DNA from: Fidelibacterota bacterium
Lineage (GTDB): Bacteria > Fidelibacterota > UBA2242
Reading direction: 5' to 3'
NCBI GenBank assembly: GCA_049975265.1
Contig: JBNGDF010000002.1
Location: 109,205 to 130,305, forward strand
DNA length: 21,101 nucleotides
Program-made: the position numbers and the translations under genes
Notes under the pieces: generated by a model
Databases searched by the model: none
Told to the model about the DNA's origin: nothing
What the model saw: the letters and a program-made list of their open reading frames with translations, nothing else
In this document: positions 16,493 to 21,101 of the stretch, in pieces
Numbering within the stretch: the stretch's first letter is position 1
How the letters are laid out: every line of letters begins with the position of its first letter

Positions 16493-17596
16493 ATGTTAAC
16501 CAACAGAATGTTATTGCTCGGTGTCATTCTGACGCTGAGTATAGTCGCTTTACCTGCGCAGGATCTGATTTGCAGCAGCTGTAAACAGGTGAACGATATC
16601 AACAGCAAGTTCTGCAGCAATTGCGGCGAACCGCTGGAGGATGAATACAATGCCTGGATAGTTGAGCGCAATGAACGACAGATTTATGACCACAAATTCA
16701 TTACCGGACGCGTCGATCCGCCCCGGCTGTTTACAATCCCCACCGCCGGCGTACTCGGTTCAAAAGATATCAGCCTGATGGGCGGTGGCGCCTTCGGTGT
16801 GGCAGTTCAGCAATCCTTTCTCGGGACAATCGGCATGGGCTTGGGGAATATCGCCGAAGTGGAATTCAGTACTGTCGGGCTGATCAACAATATCTCCCAC
16901 GGTTCACCCTCCGTCTCGACATCCGCATTCAAAATCCAGCTTATCCCGGAAAACCTTTTCGGCTGGCGCTTCTCTCCCCAATTGGCTGTCGCCATTCGCA
17001 GCTCCGCCGACTGGAAAAGCGTCACGAGCGATTCCAAAGCGCTGAGCGCCAATAGCGATTTTTACGTCTATAACGAGTTTACCCAGCGCAAAGAATGCGC
17101 CGTGAATGCCATCGGGTACAGCACCCGCTTCACTATTATGTACGGCGTGGCAACGCTGCCGCTGGGACCGCTGCGGATTCATAGCGGTCTGACGCTGACC
17201 GACATCCGCATTAAGGATATGAACGTCGATTACATCTGGCTGGAGGATAACAATGCTCCGAAAGAAAAGCAGAAAAACCTGATCGGTGGATTCGCCGGTT
17301 TCGAAATCGAATACAATCCCCAGACCAAGCTGATGGTGGAAGTGAAAACCGATTCCAAACATGAATATAATCTGGAAACAAAAGAGATCGAACTATCCCA
17401 CACCTATGTCGCCATAGGCGGAGTCCGGTTTTTCTTCACCAAATGGCTCTCCATTGACACCGGCGTCCTCTATCAGAGCAATTATACCGGGATTGCCGAT
17501 TCCCAGATCAAACTGGGACTGAATCTTTTCCTGCCCACCGGCAGCCTGCCGGACTACATTAAATCAACCGTTAAATCAAAAAATCGGGAGTCCTGA
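16493..17596 (+). CDS. Exported protein with N-terminal zinc-ribbon motif and YjbH-like probable beta-barrel domain
   Basis: CAGGAG RBS; signal peptide; C-x2-C-x10-C-x2-C (CSSC..CSNCG); LFTIPTAGVL resembling the YjbH-type barrel start; amphipathic strands IGGFAGFEIEY, IGGVRFFFTKWLSIDTGVLY, IKLGLNLFL. Confidence 0.7.
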   Translation: MLTNRMLLLGVILTLSIVALPAQDLICSSCKQVNDINSKFCSNCGEPLEDEYNAWIVERNERQIYDHKFITGRVDPPRLFTIPTAGVLGSKDISLMGGGAFGVAVQQSFLGTIGMGLGNIAEVEFSTVGLINNISHGSPSVSTSAFKIQLIPENLFGWRFSPQLAVAIRSSADWKSVTSDSKALSANSDFYVYNEFTQRKECAVNAIGYSTRFTIMYGVATLPLGPLRIHSGLTLTDIRIKDMNVDYIWLEDNNAPKEKQKNLIGGFAGFEIEYNPQTKLMVEVKTDSKHEYNLETKEIELSHTYVAIGGVRFFFTKWLSIDTGVLYQSNYTGIADSQIKLGLNLFLPTGSLPDYIKSTVKSKNRES

Positions 17597-17598
17597 CC

Positions 17599-18843
17599 AT
17601 GCGTAAATCAATTCTTCTGGCAACACTTACAATTGCCTTCAGCTGCATCGCCTGTTCGAATATCTTCAACAATCATGATGATGAATCAAAAAACCTTCGC
17701 GATTTGACTCCCTCCGAGATACTGCTCAAAGAATCGAGCAATGAATTCGGGCTAACGCTATTTCAGAAAATTGCGGCAACCGAAACGGATCAAAACCTCT
17801 TCATTTCACCACTCAGCGTCTCACTGGCACTGGGAATGACCGTTAACGGTGCCGCCGGTACAACCCTGAGTGCTATGCATACGACCCTGGGATTCGGCGA
17901 TTTGACCCGGCAGAAAATCAACCAATCCTACCGCAGTCTGATGGCACTATTGACAGGCATTGACTCAAAAGTGATTTTCGAAATCGCCAACTCCATCTGG
18001 TGCCGGGAGGGATTCGCGGTGCAGGACTCTTTTATCAATATAAATGAATATTATTTCGATGCCCTGGTGCGTAGTCTGGATTTCAGTCGTTCGGACGCCG
18101 CCGATATCATCAATGCCTGGGTGAAGGAGAATACAAAGAATAAAATCGAGAAAATTGTTGATGCACCGATACCCGCTGATCTGGTAATGTTTCTGATCAA
18201 TGCCATCTATTTCAAGGGCAGCTGGAAGTACGAATTCGATCCGGCACATACGGAAACAGCCCCATTTTACCAGACCAGCGAAAGAACCAGTGACTGTCAG
18301 CTGATGACCTATCGGTGCAAATTGCCCTATTTCAGCACCGATCAATTCCAGGCGGTTAACCTGCCCTATGGTGACGGCGCCTTTCGAATGATAGTAATTC
18401 TACCCGCCTACGACCATGATATTGACGAATTCATTGCCGATCTCGACTATGCCACCTGGAAGGCCTGGCTGGATCAGCTGGAGCCCACGGAAATCAATCT
18501 TTATCTGCCCAAATTCAAACTGGAATATGAAAATGAACTAAAGGACGATCTCAGCGCTTTGGGCATGGCGGTTGCCTTCGATCCCAATGTCGCTGACTTC
18601 ACCGGAATCAACCCCGAAGTGCAGCTCTACATCAGCAAGGTCAAACACAAAACCTTCGTTGATGTCAATGAAGAGGGCACCGAAGCCGCAGCGGTGACTT
18701 CCGTGGAAGTGGTGCTCACCTCCGGGGGTGATTCGGGACCAACCATGCGGATTGACCGCCCGTTCGTTTTTGCGATACATGAAATCAACAGCGGCACGAT
18801 TCTGTTTATGGGAAAAATCGTGAAACCGGAATACGAAGAGTAA
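17599..18843 (+). CDS. Serpin (serine protease inhibitor), predicted lipoprotein
   Basis: NLFISPLSVSLALGM, INAWVKENTKNKI, LINAIYFKGSW, LPKFKL, hinge EEGTEAAAVT, IDRPFVFAI, LFMGKI. The signal peptide ends in AFSC/IAC lipobox-like motifs. Confidence 0.97.
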   Translation: MRKSILLATLTIAFSCIACSNIFNNHDDESKNLRDLTPSEILLKESSNEFGLTLFQKIAATETDQNLFISPLSVSLALGMTVNGAAGTTLSAMHTTLGFGDLTRQKINQSYRSLMALLTGIDSKVIFEIANSIWCREGFAVQDSFININEYYFDALVRSLDFSRSDAADIINAWVKENTKNKIEKIVDAPIPADLVMFLINAIYFKGSWKYEFDPAHTETAPFYQTSERTSDCQLMTYRCKLPYFSTDQFQAVNLPYGDGAFRMIVILPAYDHDIDEFIADLDYATWKAWLDQLEPTEINLYLPKFKLEYENELKDDLSALGMAVAFDPNVADFTGINPEVQLYISKVKHKTFVDVNEEGTEAAAVTSVEVVLTSGGDSGPTMRIDRPFVFAIHEINSGTILFMGKIVKPEYEE

Positions 18844-18859
18844 ATCAAGGAGCAAAACG

Positions 18860-20626
18860 ATGCAAAAAGCAGCTATTCTTTTTACAATAATCATGCTTAC
18901 GTCAGTACTTTACGCCGATGTACCAACGACGCTGACCCGTCAACCCGGTGTTCCCTATTTTCTGGAGCCTTATCTCTTTAAAACCATCGAGATGAATCTT
19001 TTCACCAGCGATGTGAGCGGTATGCTGATTGACGATTACGGCGATCTGGCTTGGAATCCCGCCTTTCTGGGACACCTGCAAAACCGCAAAATCTACCTTG
19101 ATCTGGATTTCGGGAATCTTGCTCAATCCAGCCAACATTACTCCTATTACACCAGCGCCGATTATCGCGTCTATCCCGCCTGGTATCAGCAGACCTACAT
19201 TTCCGGCATCCAGACCACGCCGCTTTACAATCTTGCTTTGCTTTTGCCCGTTTCAAAGCGATTGAAAATCGGACTCATCAACCGGTCAAATTTTGACTAC
19301 GGTCCTTTTCGGGAAACCTATTACTGGGATTACCGGGCAATCGAGGACAATTCCTATATGGATTACGCCAGGATTATGAACGACCTGGAGCCGCAACGGC
19401 TGGAGGTTGATGAGAACCAGCAGACTGTGTACAGCCTACAGACCGATCTGATGCTCGCTTACCAATGGACCTACCGTTTGTATCTGGGACTCAAAATCGG
19501 CAATTATCTCTTTCGACGGGACGGTGAACTCTACGACTCCAAATGGGGCATCTATCCCCACTCGGAATTCGCCGACCTGAACGACGAGGAGCTCTTTATC
19601 AGCGGCGATCAATATACGCTGGGGTTCGGACTCATCTTCCAGGCAAATGAGAAGACCAGCTGGGGCGCCTATGGCGAGCTGATCACCGGTCAGTCCAGCG
19701 AAGAATCTTCGTCCCTGGACACCTCCTACTCCTGGTCGGAGCGGGATACCGATCCCGATTATTTCAGCTATTATGATTATGACATGACGATGAATCAGAC
19801 CTGTGACGCCGATGCAAATCGCAAAACGCTGACATTGACTTATCAGAAAAAAATCTCCGGACGGCTGACCCTCCGCTCTTTTCTGAAATACTCCACCTTG
19901 AAATCCGATCTCGGATTGGTCTCTGCCAGCGAAGATACCACCTTCCGGGACAGAACCTACGACACGTACGATGACGGCAACTACTATTTTCAGAGATATA
20001 TCTATCATGCCGCCCGCCGGCAGAACTTCGACGGTACGGGCACCAAAAACAGCGACTCCTGGCACTGGTTCATTTCTCTGGTCTATCATCCTGAAGACGA
20101 CTGGTCGCTGTTTAGCGGAATGCAGCTCACCCGGCAGCATAACAAGACGGAAACCAGAGATGAATCGAACTACTATTCGGCGTCGGACAATACCTATCAA
20201 CATTATGATCCCCACACCTTCGCCTATCTGGATACCCATGACAAATATTACGAGTACACCGCCGAATCCGAGCAGTTCTCGGTTCATATTCCCCTTGGAC
20301 TAAAAATACAGGTTGTCAGCGGATTCCACCTGATTTTCGCCGGCGAAATGCACTACTATCTGACCGACAGCCGGCAGAAGGGTCGCCTGTTGTATCCGGA
20401 AATCGTTTCAAAGACCTGGCAAAACGGCAGTCTCGTCGTGGATGATCTCGAGGAGAATCGCTACGAGGAGTATTCCTCGCAGCCGGCGAAAGATTTCCAG
20501 CGCAGTTCAAATATCAATATCGGCTTCGCCTACCGGCATTCTTCGGGAATTGATTTGTATGTGCGCTCGGTGGGCAACCTGCTGGACACTGCCGGTTGGG
20601 ATATAGGCATTGAATACAGTTTTTAA
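18860..20626 (+). CDS. Probable outer-membrane beta-barrel protein (FadL/PorV-like NPA motif), Tyr/Asp-rich
   Basis: AAGGAG RBS; signal MQKAAILFTIIMLTSVLYA; DLAWNPAFLG near the N-terminus; many amphipathic strands; C-terminal beta-signal WDIGIEYSF ending in Phe. Confidence 0.72.
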   Translation: MQKAAILFTIIMLTSVLYADVPTTLTRQPGVPYFLEPYLFKTIEMNLFTSDVSGMLIDDYGDLAWNPAFLGHLQNRKIYLDLDFGNLAQSSQHYSYYTSADYRVYPAWYQQTYISGIQTTPLYNLALLLPVSKRLKIGLINRSNFDYGPFRETYYWDYRAIEDNSYMDYARIMNDLEPQRLEVDENQQTVYSLQTDLMLAYQWTYRLYLGLKIGNYLFRRDGELYDSKWGIYPHSEFADLNDEELFISGDQYTLGFGLIFQANEKTSWGAYGELITGQSSEESSSLDTSYSWSERDTDPDYFSYYDYDMTMNQTCDADANRKTLTLTYQKKISGRLTLRSFLKYSTLKSDLGLVSASEDTTFRDRTYDTYDDGNYYFQRYIYHAARRQNFDGTGTKNSDSWHWFISLVYHPEDDWSLFSGMQLTRQHNKTETRDESNYYSASDNTYQHYDPHTFAYLDTHDKYYEYTAESEQFSVHIPLGLKIQVVSGFHLIFAGEMHYYLTDSRQKGRLLYPEIVSKTWQNGSLVVDDLEENRYEEYSSQPAKDFQRSSNINIGFAYRHSSGIDLYVRSVGNLLDTAGWDIGIEYSF

Positions 20627-20639
20627 TATTCAGCTGAAA

Positions 20640-20668
20640 TTGATTTTATTATTAAAAACATGTAATAT
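20640..20668 (+). promoter_or_regulatory. Candidate sigma70-type promoter
   Basis: TTGATT (20640-20645), 17-nt AT-rich spacer, TAATAT (20663-20668), 53 nt before the next ATG. Confidence 0.5.
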
Positions 20669-20677
20669 GATAGTAAG

Positions 20678-20693
20678 CCGATCTGCAGATCGG
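20678..20693. promoter_or_regulatory. Perfect 16-bp palindrome (operator or 5' leader hairpin)
   Basis: CCGATCTGCAGATCGG, immediately downstream of the predicted transcription start. Confidence 0.5.
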
Positions 20694-20721
20694 AAAAAGG
20701 TTGGAAAAAGGAGACAAGGAT

Positions 20722-21101
20722 ATGAATAATAAGAGATGTCCGGTTGTACTTATTTTCGTTACCGTTGTTTTTCAATTTTCCTTCGCAGCCGCGCAAATGA
20801 TCGCCGATATCACTGCCGACATCGAAACCGAATTTGGAACCTATTATCCCTATCCGGTCGAATTTACGCAGGCAGTGCCCTCTTTCACCGTCGAACCCGA
20901 CTTCAGTAATGTCGAAAACTGGTCAGTCACCTACGGATTCAGCGCCGTCGATTCCATGCTGCTGCAACAAAACCATTTCACTGTGAGAAAAAGCCGGTTC
21001 ACCCAGATGTACGATATCTACAATGATTGCACCTGGGGCGGAACACCGATTTTCGTGACCACCGATGCGGTTTTACATATCTATCACCTGCTGTTCGATC
21101 A
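20722..21101 (+). CDS. DUF3160-like exported protein, 5' part only (runs off the window; absent from the ORF track)
   Basis: AAGGAG RBS, ATG at 20722, frame open to the window end: MNNKRCPVVLIFVTVVFQFSFAAAQ (signal)..LLQQNHFTV..MYDIY..TPIFVTTDAVLHIYHLLFD, matching the PxF[IV]TxDxxLHxYHxxFD pattern I associate with DUF3160. Confidence 0.82.
   Translation, partial: MNNKRCPVVLIFVTVVFQFSFAAAQMIADITADIETEFGTYYPYPVEFTQAVPSFTVEPDFSNVENWSVTYGFSAVDSMLLQQNHFTVRKSRFTQMYDIYNDCTWGGTPIFVTTDAVLHIYHLLFD

Noticed and set aside
16290..16499. 69-aa TTG-start ORF upstream of the zinc-ribbon gene
   Set aside because: No RBS, no recognisable motif, and it starts upstream of the predicted sigma54 transcription start; more likely untranslated leader.
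19436..20287. Long minus-strand ORFs (283 aa here; also 13497-14273, 6472-7080 and 12861-13427)
   Set aside because: They lie antisense to well-supported + strand genes, have no motifs and look like codon-bias shadows.
20678..20698. Intrinsic terminator at the 16-bp palindrome
   Set aside because: It is followed by A5 on the + strand, and on the - strand the T-run precedes the stem, so neither strand has hairpin-then-U geometry.
1..21101. CRISPR array, tRNA/rRNA, transposase, integrase, prophage or anti-phage defence genes
   Set aside because: No regularly spaced repeats, RNA-gene signatures or corresponding protein motifs were seen; intergenic gaps are short and largely accounted for.

Overview
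Bacterial chromosomal window (about 50% GC) in which every credible gene lies on the + strand. (1) 43-7739 is the distal part of a type IV pilus/type II secretion-like operon: two prepilin-like proteins, prepilin peptidase, a PilX-like protein, PilM/N/O, a membrane-anchored PilP/GspC-like protein and a short secretin, followed by two tandem paralogous stand-alone receiver proteins. The ATPase, platform protein and major pilin are not in the window. (2) 7953-10366 encodes a beta-lactamase-family serine hydrolase and a DRG/OBG-like GTPase with a TGS domain, followed by a degenerate REP-like inverted repeat. (3) 10579-16184 encodes an acetolactate decarboxylase with a signal-like N-terminus, a HAMP sensor kinase, a sigma54-dependent NtrC-family activator, an exported coiled-coil protein and a probable outer-membrane beta-barrel. 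(4) A candidate enhancer plus sigma54 (-24/-12) promoter at 16195-16289 precedes a zinc-ribbon/YjbH-like barrel protein, a lipoprotein serpin and a FadL/PorV-like barrel; a truncated DUF3160-like gene with its own sigma70-like promoter follows. The best candidate for an undescribed system is blocks 3 plus 4: an apparently self-contained sigma54-dependent envelope signalling module whose local output includes a membrane-anchored protease inhibitor. All family calls come from motif recognition by eye; no searches were run. The gene content suggests a diderm FCB-group-like organism, which is an inference only.
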